A stretch of 32,000 nt of DNA, taken from Candidatus Hermodarchaeota archaeon (GTDB taxonomy: Archaea; Asgardarchaeota; Heimdallarchaeia; Hodarchaeales; Hodarchaeaceae). Shown here in pieces: positions 18,381-27,292 of the stretch (within the stretch, counting starts at the first letter, position 1; each line of letters opens with the position of its first letter). The notes under the pieces were generated by a model, which did not search any database, was not told where the DNA came from, and was given only the letters and a program-made list of their open reading frames with translations. The stretch spans positions 1-32,000 of the forward strand of contig JBHLKY010000019.1 of assembly GCA_048886185.1 (NCBI GenBank), given 5' to 3'. Both the position numbers and the translations under genes were made by a program.

Positions 18381-19769
18381 TTACACTAAATTAATACCCA
18401 GTTCAGCTAATTCATTTTTGACGTGTTCGTAAATAGTTACATATTCTTTAGAAGGTTTTACTGTATCAAGATCATAACATTCCTGAAACTTATGACCAAG
18501 GGGTGGATTGTCTAAATTCTGCTTGTATTTCTTAACAACTTGGATTAAAAGTTCGTTTGCATCGACTCTTTTCATACCTGTGACTGCATGGCCAACTTCA
18601 CACCCTATTCGTGCTTCCATTCCTGTTTCCCGATCAAGGTACTGACTTTTTGCGGCAGAGGCATTGTTGATGTGAATTCCTGAAACTGTACCAACAATTG
18701 AACTGGCTGCAACCTCATATAAGCACATCTCTGTGCACGGCCCAGCAGCTGTTATTGCTTCAGAAGCACTTAGAAGATGTGTATTTCGACTGAGGGCTTG
18801 GCCCACCATCCCAGCACTCCATAGTGATTCCTGTGCGGTACTGCAGGAATATTTGAGATGTGTAATTGGGAAATCGGAATATGCAACATGGTGAACTAAA
18901 AGTCCCTGCAGATGGTGAGCAAGGGTGACAACTGCGGTTCCTTCAGGGCCGCCCCCATATCCCCCCATTAACGGAACATATACTGCTCCAGGCAGAACAT
19001 TTTTCTGTTCGCAATAATATAGTGCTTTTGTAAGCTGACTATAATCCGTCTTCAGTTCTGCTAGGGAGGCGATAAGGTTTCCATCTACAGTCCTGACACC
19101 GAGTTCTGGTTGAGTTGCTGAAATGTATGCAGCGGATGACAATGCGGTTCCTAGTAGATTATGGAATCCAATTCCAGGGCGACCAGCTCTTTTAGCTCCC
19201 TCTTTTGAATAGATGACATTATATTTTGAAGCTAAGACTTCCACAGGAGTACCTGCTTTTGGAACCATCCCAAAGATAGTGTGTAGCGGACAACCTCCAC
19301 TTACAGTATCAGCTAATGGTTCTTGAGCATAACTTTGCACAACTTGAACATATATATCTTCCGATATTTCTCCTCCACCTGAAGTCAAACATAATGGAGG
19401 TGTTCTATGTTCCACTTGCCTGGGTACCATTTCTCGGGCATCTAAGCCTTCTCCAAATGTGACCTTTGTTGGCGCATTTCTTAATGCTTCTTTAATCTCA
19501 GCCTCTTCAAATTTGATTTGGCGGTGTGTACTCAAGCATAGGGTACCTGTTTCTAGGTAAAGATCCATTGCAGCATTGAACAGGGCATCTGCTAAGCTAT
19601 CATCATTAGGTATTAATATATCGGGATCAAATATGATATCATTGTCTTTGATTACCTCTTTAAGCTTTAATCGTAATATTTTCCTATCAAAGTCTTTTTC
19701 TAGGCAAATTGGGCCTGTTTCTGCCTTTTTTAGAACATCAATCATCGTTGGTTCAGACATCGGTCTCAT
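18381..19769 (-). CDS. mtmB: Second MtmB-family homologue without pyrrolysine (His203)
   Basis: AGRPGIGFH, ELKTD, GGYGGGPE, AGPCTEMCLYE, ETGMEAR, GHKFQECYD...ELAELGI; no in-frame TAG. Confidence 0.88.
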   Translation of the reverse strand: MRPMSEPTMIDVLKKAETGPICLEKDFDRKILRLKLKEVIKDNDIIFDPDILIPNDDSLADALFNAAMDLYLETGTLCLSTHRQIKFEEAEIKEALRNAPTKVTFGEGLDAREMVPRQVEHRTPPLCLTSGGGEISEDIYVQVVQSYAQEPLADTVSGGCPLHTIFGMVPKAGTPVEVLASKYNVIYSKEGAKRAGRPGIGFHNLLGTALSSAAYISATQPELGVRTVDGNLIASLAELKTDYSQLTKALYYCEQKNVLPGAVYVPLMGGYGGGPEGTAVVTLAHHLQGLLVHHVAYSDFPITHLKYSCSTAQESLWSAGMVGQALSRNTHLLSASEAITAAGPCTEMCLYEVAASSIVGTVSGIHINNASAAKSQYLDRETGMEARIGCEVGHAVTGMKRVDANELLIQVVKKYKQNLDNPPLGHKFQECYDLDTVKPSKEYVTIYEHVKNELAELGINLV

Positions 19770-20017
19770 CTTCTAATCATAAGAAAGAAAATATGATCTT
19801 TTCTGATAGTCACACTCATACCAATGTTCATAAAAAACTTCTTAATACATGTTAGAATAACAATTCAATCTTTGATCTTCCTCTATTGATTAAAATAACG
19901 CGATTCACGATAACAATATGCTTTAATGGATCATATAGATGAATACAGTCATTAAAAGAAAAGTAATAGTAAATCGAATATTTAATAAATAGCAGTCAAA
20001 TCACATCAGAGCTACAA

Positions 20018-20545
20018 ATGCTATCGAAATTAATATCTATAAATAAATTACAGAAGATATCAACAGGTATTGTCTTACTTTGTCTTTTTAATTTAAGTGG
20101 ATCCCGTACTGGTTCATCTCCCTATTCTATGATCCCTATTATTGAAACTCCTCAATCAGAAATTAAAGCATTTGTTGGTACTTCATTTATTTTAACTTAT
20201 ATTATAATAGATGACAATCCCTATAATTATTCCTTGAAACGGAATGAAGCCCTTCTCACTTTTGGCCGGATAGAGTCTAGTATATTAAATTTCACAAGAC
20301 AAGAACCTCAAGGTGACTATGTATTTACACTAAAAGTTACTGATTTTTCACATAATGTTGTATCTAAGAATATCAATGTAACAATTGCTACTGGCCCATT
20401 TACAACAAGTACTGGAACTAAAACTATGACTGAAACTAGTTCTCAAAGTGAAGCTGTTAGATTTTCTTTGCTATCTTGCTTTCTTGGAGTTATGTTATAC
20501 ATTACACGCAAATCTCATCACAGAAGATTAGTCAAGAAGGATTAA
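20018..20545 (+). CDS. Small secreted Ig/PKD-like beta-sandwich protein with Thr linker and C-terminal TM
   Basis: Signal peptide, GDYVFTLKVTDFSHNVVSKNINVTI strand pattern, TTSTGTKTMTET linker, TM plus basic tail. Confidence 0.6.
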   Translation: MLSKLISINKLQKISTGIVLLCLFNLSGSRTGSSPYSMIPIIETPQSEIKAFVGTSFILTYIIIDDNPYNYSLKRNEALLTFGRIESSILNFTRQEPQGDYVFTLKVTDFSHNVVSKNINVTIATGPFTTSTGTKTMTETSSQSEAVRFSLLSCFLGVMLYITRKSHHRRLVKKD

Positions 20546-20547
20546 TT

Positions 20548-22317
20548 TTGAATATTAAAAAAGTAATTTTACTCGTATTGGCTTTCTCTGGATTTTTAAT
20601 CCAGGAATTTCCCCCAATAAGTCAATTGAAAGCCATTGAGGCATCTAAACCGCTAGTAACTGATCTTCTTGTTCAGGAAGATGAACCTGTAACAGGGATT
20701 GTTCAAATAGGAAATATGTTTTCTGCAGATGACATGATATTTGTTTTTGGATTTCTTTCACGAATATACGCTTATAATTACATGACCAGTGAGACACTTT
20801 GGATTAAAACGTTTGGATTACAAAGGAATAGTGATGTTTTTATATGGAAAATGATACCCAATTCTCTACAACAAGAAGAAGTATCAGGTGTTTATGTATC
20901 ACTCTCTAACGGAACTATCTTTGAGATTTCACTAAATGGTCAGCTTTTATGGACACAATCTCTTGGAACTTTAGCTATTTCTAGTTTAACTCTAGTAGAA
21001 GTTCCAGCAACTTTAGGAGTTCCATTCTACATAGTCTCAGGGGGGGACAACAGTCAAATCACTTGGTTAACTCCAAATGGGACAATTATGAAAACACATA
21101 ATACTACTTCTGAAATCACCAGAATAGCAACTAACGATGGTTATTCACTTGTTGGTACTCGATCAGGGAATATATATGTATATAATGGTACAAAATACTT
21201 ATGGGGTAGAAGTATAGGAATCGACCAAATTTTAGGTTTATGTCTAAACACTAATCTTGTTATTGGATATAGCTATGAAGGACAACTTACAGTTCTTAAT
21301 TTAAAAGCACAATCAGTCGAATATTCAAAGGATTACGGACTGATGACATACAATTCAATACAGATTATTGAGAAGAATGATGATATAGCCTATTTATTCA
21401 AGAATAATGGAGATCTTGTTGCAATCAGGGCTTCAGATGGTTCAATTGAATGGAATAACCTTGATATCCCAAGTTATGTCTCTAATATTCGAGTAGCAGA
21501 GTTTACAGGTGATTTATATGATGATATTGTTATAAGTACTATATCTGGTCATATTTTCGTACTTAATCAGTCGTCAGGAGTTACAATCTATCATGAACAG
21601 ATTACTCATGAGCAGCTCTCTGAATTATTGATTTCAGATTTAAACGATGACTCTGTTGCTGATATGATCGTAGGTACTTTAAATGGTAAGGTCATTAAAG
21701 TTTTAGGACCAGATCTTACTCCTCCTATTATTCATAAAATAATGAGCAATCAGCTTTTATACAATAGTTATAACATTACTATACTCACAAATGAACCAGT
21801 TCGTGCTGATGTTAGATATGGGATCAAATCTGTAACAGAGAATACAAGAATAAACGGAACTTTTCTTCTTACTCATATAATTAAACTTGATAGTTTACAA
21901 TCAAGCTCTAATTATACTACTCAAGTCGTTGTTTACGATAAAAACAATAACTCTGCTAGGAGTGAGGAATTTCATCTTAGTACAGGATCAGCTCCCCCTT
22001 CTATCAACGATCTTATTGGTCCTACAATAACTTTCGTTTCAATCCTCGGATTACTTATCGCAGCATATATGTTTTACCAGCGTAGAAGTCGTCAATTAGC
22101 CTTTAGATATGGTGAGCAGGCACTAAGGTATAATGACTATACGGGTGCGATAAGATATTTCTATAAAGCAAAAGCTAAGGAACGGGTAATCGAGGTAGTA
22201 AAAATTTTGCTTCTCAACCCTGATTTAACCAGTGAGATGAGTGAAATTGAGAGAATGAAAGAGATAAAAGAGTATATTTCCGAAGCTCAAGAAATGGTTG
22301 AACAATCAAAATCATAA
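20548..22317 (+). CDS. Type I membrane protein: PQQ/FG-GAP-like beta-propeller, FN3-like domain, TM, short TPR-like tail
   Basis: Repeated G..(L/I)W blade motifs, EFTGDLYDDIVIST and DLNDDSVADMIVGT loops, TPP..TNEP..VRYG..L.SL..SNYT FN3-like segment, TM, helical tail. TTG 20548 chosen (2 nt after the upstream stop); the track start at 20476 overlaps the previous gene. Confidence 0.7.
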   Translation: MNIKKVILLVLAFSGFLIQEFPPISQLKAIEASKPLVTDLLVQEDEPVTGIVQIGNMFSADDMIFVFGFLSRIYAYNYMTSETLWIKTFGLQRNSDVFIWKMIPNSLQQEEVSGVYVSLSNGTIFEISLNGQLLWTQSLGTLAISSLTLVEVPATLGVPFYIVSGGDNSQITWLTPNGTIMKTHNTTSEITRIATNDGYSLVGTRSGNIYVYNGTKYLWGRSIGIDQILGLCLNTNLVIGYSYEGQLTVLNLKAQSVEYSKDYGLMTYNSIQIIEKNDDIAYLFKNNGDLVAIRASDGSIEWNNLDIPSYVSNIRVAEFTGDLYDDIVISTISGHIFVLNQSSGVTIYHEQITHEQLSELLISDLNDDSVADMIVGTLNGKVIKVLGPDLTPPIIHKIMSNQLLYNSYNITILTNEPVRADVRYGIKSVTENTRINGTFLLTHIIKLDSLQSSSNYTTQVVVYDKNNNSARSEEFHLSTGSAPPSINDLIGPTITFVSILGLLIAAYMFYQRRSRQLAFRYGEQALRYNDYTGAIRYFYKAKAKERVIEVVKILLLNPDLTSEMSEIERMKEIKEYISEAQEMVEQSKS

Positions 22318-22429
22318 GTTGAAGTAAAGTGAGATAAGTTTTTATATTATCAGAGTACGATTTTGAGAGATTTAATCTTTAATTTAGAGCAAGATTAGCT
22401 TTAATTCTCGAAGTTTGGATGGAAGGCCA

Positions 22430-23479
22430 ATGAGACGTGCTTTATTGAGTTTTTTTACTATTTTTTCATTCATAATAGTTACTGGATATGTAAAATCTTA
22501 TCCACTGGAATTAATGGTAAATGGTACTCCGGATTTTGAACAAACAAGTTTTGTGTTCAATAACACAGAGAATGGCGTATTGAAATTTGAAGCATCAATA
22601 CGTAACAACGGAAGTGCTCCAACACCCAAAGGAACGGTGCTAGGTATTTGGGAGAAGATTGCTTTCTTTATGCCTTTATCCAATGGTGAAGGGGTTATAG
22701 ATGAAAGTACAATAGACTTTGATCTAGATAGTAATGGGAAGAAGACAGACACTTTTGAAGTAAGGTGGTCTCCCAATGTAACTCGTCCCTGGGATGCTAT
22801 AATTGATGGAGATCATGTATATTCCCTTATTGAAGAAGATGGTAATAGTATTAATATATCTTTAAAGGGTAAAACCAAGCTCTTTACGCTAGGCGGTGAA
22901 ATGAGCCACATTCTATATTTTGCTACTCAAGACTATATTGAATTGTTATTCAATGTTTCATTAAATTATATCCCTAATCCAACAATATATTGGGTACTTT
23001 CATCTTGGAATAGAGAAACACTTGAACATGTAACGGTATCTGACTTTTATATCAATGACAAACCTGTTGAAGTGAATTTTACAAATAATAAGATTAATGC
23101 AGATAATACAGGGATATCTGCAGACGAAAAGTGGTATGTTATTCCGAATCAAGCACTTGATTTTGCAGTAGGAGAAGAAGTTAACCTTTCATGCACTCTC
23201 ACCGCGGATACAACAGTAGAAATCGATCTATGGCTTATTGCGGCTTGGTCACAAGATGGTATGAACAAACATTTAAGAAATTTTTCAGATGAAGGATTAA
23301 TTTCTTACACGTTCATAGTAATTCAATTCACAACGGATGCCTCAGCTACTCTTTCAAACACTTCTAGTCCTCATACTCCAAGTTTTTCGTTTATACCTGA
23401 AATTATGATTATTTTGTTAATCACACTCACTCTCTATAAAAGAAAAAAAGATTATGATCAAAATCGATCAGGAAAATGA
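22430..23479 (+). CDS. Secreted beta-rich surface protein with C-terminal sorting-like tail
   Basis: Signal peptide MRRALLSFFTIFSFIIV; FEASIRNNGS (CARDB-like, weak); ends in HTPSF, TM and KRKK. Confidence 0.65.
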   Translation: MRRALLSFFTIFSFIIVTGYVKSYPLELMVNGTPDFEQTSFVFNNTENGVLKFEASIRNNGSAPTPKGTVLGIWEKIAFFMPLSNGEGVIDESTIDFDLDSNGKKTDTFEVRWSPNVTRPWDAIIDGDHVYSLIEEDGNSINISLKGKTKLFTLGGEMSHILYFATQDYIELLFNVSLNYIPNPTIYWVLSSWNRETLEHVTVSDFYINDKPVEVNFTNNKINADNTGISADEKWYVIPNQALDFAVGEEVNLSCTLTADTTVEIDLWLIAAWSQDGMNKHLRNFSDEGLISYTFIVIQFTTDASATLSNTSSPHTPSFSFIPEIMIILLITLTLYKRKKDYDQNRSGK

Positions 23480-23503
23480 AAGAACTAGATGAGTATCTTT
23501 TAG

Positions 23504-23526
23504 TAGTTCAAGAAAATGTTGAACTA
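23504..23526. promoter_or_regulatory. 8-bp inverted repeat upstream of the second WD40 gene
   Basis: TAGTTCAA-N7-TTGAACTA; single copy. Confidence 0.3.
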
Positions 23527-23604
23527 TCAAAAATATTAGTGATAAACCGTCTAGATTATTCACAATCTTCTGAATAGGGCAATTAGATTGATAAAGGGAA
23601 ATTA

Positions 23605-26600
23605 ATGAAACGTTACTACTTTAATTCGTTGGACTTCATCATTTTCATGATTATTTTGTCGTTTAGTATTATTTTACCTGTTTATTGGCTTAATACAACC
23701 AAAGAAATTCCCAGTCAGGTAACCTATTCCAATAATGATCAGCAAAACCTTAAACAAAGAATCAATATCCTAGATTCAGAAATAAAGAATGAGATGGGAG
23801 ATTTATTGCAGGAGAAAGTTGAAAATAGGGAACGAATAGCCCGCAAAAACCCTGCTTTTGGAAAAGAATTACCGTACTCATACTATCACATAAAACCAAT
23901 AACTACAATCGCTTTCTCCCCTGATGGTTCAATATTGGCTTCAGGAAGCGAGGATAACTTAATCAAACTCTGGGACATCACTCTAGGAGTAGAAATCTTG
24001 AGTTTCAATAGACATATTAGTCCTATAAGGATGATATCATTTTCACCAGATGGTTCAATTGTGGCATCAGCAGGTCAGGATGGTACTATTAACATCTGGA
24101 AAACAGCAACGGGGGAAGTGCTCCAGAATTGGACTCACATCTATAATTTATACTCTCTAGCGTTTTCACCTAATGGTAAGTTTTTGGTTTCAGGCGATCT
24201 GACTGGTCATATCACTATTTGGAATACCACCAATTGGAAAGAAGTCAGAGAGCTAACTGAAAAAGTAAATGAAGGATCGTTCTTTGCTGGATCAGTCAAT
24301 TATATTGATTTTTCTTCAAATGGCAAGTTAATGGCAGCTTGTGGTATGCCAAGTTCAATAAAGATTTGGAATACAACTGATTGGGAGCCAATATTTGACT
24401 CTCAAGAGCACTCTAATACTGTAAATGAAGTTAAGTTTTCTCCTAATGGAAAAATGCTAGCATCCGCTTGCGTTGATAGTAAATTTTGGTTATGGGACTT
24501 GAGTGTTGGAGAAAAAACTGTTGAATATGATAAGCATGAAGATACGTATGAAGGACCTTTATTCGGATTTCATTATTCATCTATCGACTTCTCTCCTTTA
24601 GGTTATTTAGTAGCTTCAGGGGGAGAAGATAAATCCATCAGATTATGGGATACCAAAAAAAATACATTACAAATCTTATCGGGTCATGAAGATTTCGTAA
24701 GCAGAGTTATTTTTTCTCCAGATGGAACTTTACTTGCTTCAAGTAGCCAAGATAAGACCATTAGACTCTGGAATGTTGCACGTGGAGCCAATAACAGAAC
24801 GTTGACTAGCCATGAAGCTGCTATAACATCTGTAGCTTATTCCCCTAATAGTGAATATTTAGCTTCAGGGAGTGAGGATAACACAATCCGTCTTTGGAAT
24901 CTAACAAGTGGTGACCAACAGACTCTGGGGAACCACGAGAAGAGAGTTACTTCTATTGTTTTTGCACCAAATAGTTCTTTATTAGCCTCAGCCAGTTGGG
25001 ATTCGAATATTATTTTGTGGAATCTAACTACTCGTAGTGATGAATTTATGATAACTGATCCCACAGGGAATATAAATTCTTTGGCTTTTTCTTCGGATGG
25101 TACGATGTTAGCTTCAGGAGGGGCAACCTCTGGAGGTGCACCCGAAATTCGAATTTGGAATGTTACAAACGGACTGGAATTAGGATCCTTGGAAATGACT
25201 GAAGGTCATAGTAGCCCTGTAACATGCTTAGCTTTTTCTTCTGATAATAGATTTCTAGTTTCGGGCAGTGAAGATGGGAGTCTAATTATTTGGGATACCA
25301 CATCGTCATGGTCTCGAATCGAAACACGAATCAATTGGTTTGAAGACAATGTGAACTCAATTGTATTTTCACCTCAAGAAAATCTATTAGTCACATGTGG
25401 TAATGACAATTTCATCAAAGTCAAAAATATGACAAATGGAGAAGAACAATCCATCCCAACTGGACATTCTGGTTCCATCTTGAATTTAAACTTCTCACCT
25501 GATGGGAAATTACTAGTATCAGGGGGTGCAGACGGTACATTCAGAACTTGGAATATTTCTAATTGGGAAGAAGTCCAATTATTTTTTCTAGGGCATAAAA
25601 TAAATGTGAAGACCTTATGTTTTTCTCTTGATGGTGAAATAATAGTCTCAGGAGGTTCTGATTCAGCAATCATTCTTTGGAATGTTAATACTATTGCTGA
25701 TTCTGATGAAGATGGCATGCCTGATTCTTGGGAACTCGACCGATATCCTGCACTCGATCCCGCCGACTATTGGGACAAGTTCCATGATGAAGACGAGGAT
25801 CATCTAATGAATTGTTTGGAATATTTCCTTGAGATTGATCCTCTAGATGTAGATTCTGATAATGATTCAATGCCTGATGGTTGGGAATATCTGGGAGGAT
25901 TCGATCCCAAAGTCAATGATACGGATCGGGATAATGACGAGGATGACATACCTGGCTTGTATGAATACCAAATGGGATTGAATCCTTGGATTAATGATGC
26001 AGAAGGAGATCTAGATAATGATACATTAACTAATTTGGATGAATACTATTTTGGAAGCTGGGCCAATCAAAGTGACAGTGATCTTGATGAAATGGATGAC
26101 TGGTGGGAGTTTAAATATACGGATAGTACATACAGTTTTAATCCAAGAAATGGGTCTGATACTTTAGATGATCCCGATGGTGATTGGATCAGCAACCTTG
26201 TTGAATGCAGAGCAGGAAGTAATCCCCGTGATTTCTGGGATGTTCCTCTTCTTGCACCAAGCGTGTTATTTTTTATCAGACTATTGATCCTTCTCATTGT
26301 AGTTGTATTAGGGGTGGTTACGTTTTTCATTTATCGAAAAAACCAGAGAAACAACTTTACAGCTAGCTTGAATGCCCCTGATTATAAAACTGCGCTAGTT
26401 GTGAAGAAAGCTGGATACACGGATCATCCTGCATTCGTTAAGGCTGTTTTGGAAGCAGAAAATTTGGCTGAAAAGGGGATGAAATCTTATTATCAAGGTG
26501 ATCCTGTTGCAGCTATTCAACGATTGGAACAATCTTTGACAATATTTGAACGAGTTGGAAATGAGCCTTTAATTGGCCGTACGATTTTTCAAGTTGCTCT

Positions 26601-27219
26601 GATTCAAAAAGAAAGACAAGAACTAACATCAGATAGTTCCATTCTCAAAATTTTCCCTAAAGAACCTTTTTCTCAACTAACAATTGAGGCAATAAACCAT
26701 ATGCTTCGAGCATTAATAGCGGAAAATGAAAGAAACTGGGGATTGGCTAATAGTGCATGGCAAGCTGCACTAGGATATGAGGAACTGGATATAGATCTAC
26801 ATGTAATTTGTCAAGGGGCACTTGTCGAATCAGAAGTACGAAGTTGGTTAGAACATCCAATTGAGGCAACTTTGACACATCTAGAAGCACAACTAGATGA
26901 ATGGCAAAAAGCCTGTATGACGCACCAGCTTTTTCCAGGGTTGTGTCAGGCATCCCTATTGCGCGCTAGGATCTCATTTGCCTCTGCTCAGTTTGATAAT
27001 GTAACTAAATGGTTAGATAACTGTTCAAAAGTAGCAGAAAAGAATAATTTATTAATATACCAAGAAGCTGCTCGTAGAGAGAAATTTATATTATTAAGGC
27101 ATAAAAAACAAATCGAAGAGGAGATCACAAAACCCATCTCTCCTGAAGAACAGGAAAAGGTCATGCAGGAATATATCAAGCAAGCCCTTGAATCGCTGAA
27201 GAAAGAAAGGCTAATATAA
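23605..27219 (+). CDS. Receptor-like membrane protein, paralogue of 6463-9876: signal/TM, 14 WD40, 7 DxDxD repeats, TM, TPR-like tail
   Basis: 14 counted WD40 units; DSDEDGM, DEDEDHL, DSDNDSM, DNDEDDI, DLDNDTL, DSDLDEM, DPDGDWI; TM followed by YRKNQR; tail colinear with the paralogue. Confidence 0.88.
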   Translation: MKRYYFNSLDFIIFMIILSFSIILPVYWLNTTKEIPSQVTYSNNDQQNLKQRINILDSEIKNEMGDLLQEKVENRERIARKNPAFGKELPYSYYHIKPITTIAFSPDGSILASGSEDNLIKLWDITLGVEILSFNRHISPIRMISFSPDGSIVASAGQDGTINIWKTATGEVLQNWTHIYNLYSLAFSPNGKFLVSGDLTGHITIWNTTNWKEVRELTEKVNEGSFFAGSVNYIDFSSNGKLMAACGMPSSIKIWNTTDWEPIFDSQEHSNTVNEVKFSPNGKMLASACVDSKFWLWDLSVGEKTVEYDKHEDTYEGPLFGFHYSSIDFSPLGYLVASGGEDKSIRLWDTKKNTLQILSGHEDFVSRVIFSPDGTLLASSSQDKTIRLWNVARGANNRTLTSHEAAITSVAYSPNSEYLASGSEDNTIRLWNLTSGDQQTLGNHEKRVTSIVFAPNSSLLASASWDSNIILWNLTTRSDEFMITDPTGNINSLAFSSDGTMLASGGATSGGAPEIRIWNVTNGLELGSLEMTEGHSSPVTCLAFSSDNRFLVSGSEDGSLIIWDTTSSWSRIETRINWFEDNVNSIVFSPQENLLVTCGNDNFIKVKNMTNGEEQSIPTGHSGSILNLNFSPDGKLLVSGGADGTFRTWNISNWEEVQLFFLGHKINVKTLCFSLDGEIIVSGGSDSAIILWNVNTIADSDEDGMPDSWELDRYPALDPADYWDKFHDEDEDHLMNCLEYFLEIDPLDVDSDNDSMPDGWEYLGGFDPKVNDTDRDNDEDDIPGLYEYQMGLNPWINDAEGDLDNDTLTNLDEYYFGSWANQSDSDLDEMDDWWEFKYTDSTYSFNPRNGSDTLDDPDGDWISNLVECRAGSNPRDFWDVPLLAPSVLFFIRLLILLIVVVLGVVTFFIYRKNQRNNFTASLNAPDYKTALVVKKAGYTDHPAFVKAVLEAENLAEKGMKSYYQGDPVAAIQRLEQSLTIFERVGNEPLIGRTIFQVALIQKERQELTSDSSILKIFPKEPFSQLTIEAINHMLRALIAENERNWGLANSAWQAALGYEELDIDLHVICQGALVESEVRSWLEHPIEATLTHLEAQLDEWQKACMTHQLFPGLCQASLLRARISFASAQFDNVTKWLDNCSKVAEKNNLLIYQEAARREKFILLRHKKQIEEEITKPISPEEQEKVMQEYIKQALESLKKERLI

Positions 27220-27292
27220 GTTTATTTTTGGTTCATCTCCAGAAAGATTGACTAAACCCTAAAAATAATGAAATATTCATGAGGATAAATGT

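Noticed and set aside
15287-19769. Pyrrolysine or other stop-codon recoding
   Set aside because: Both mtmB frames are uninterrupted with sense codons at the Pyl position; no tRNA-Pyl or pyl genes seen; the TAG ending the LRR gene is followed by another in-frame stop within 9 codons.
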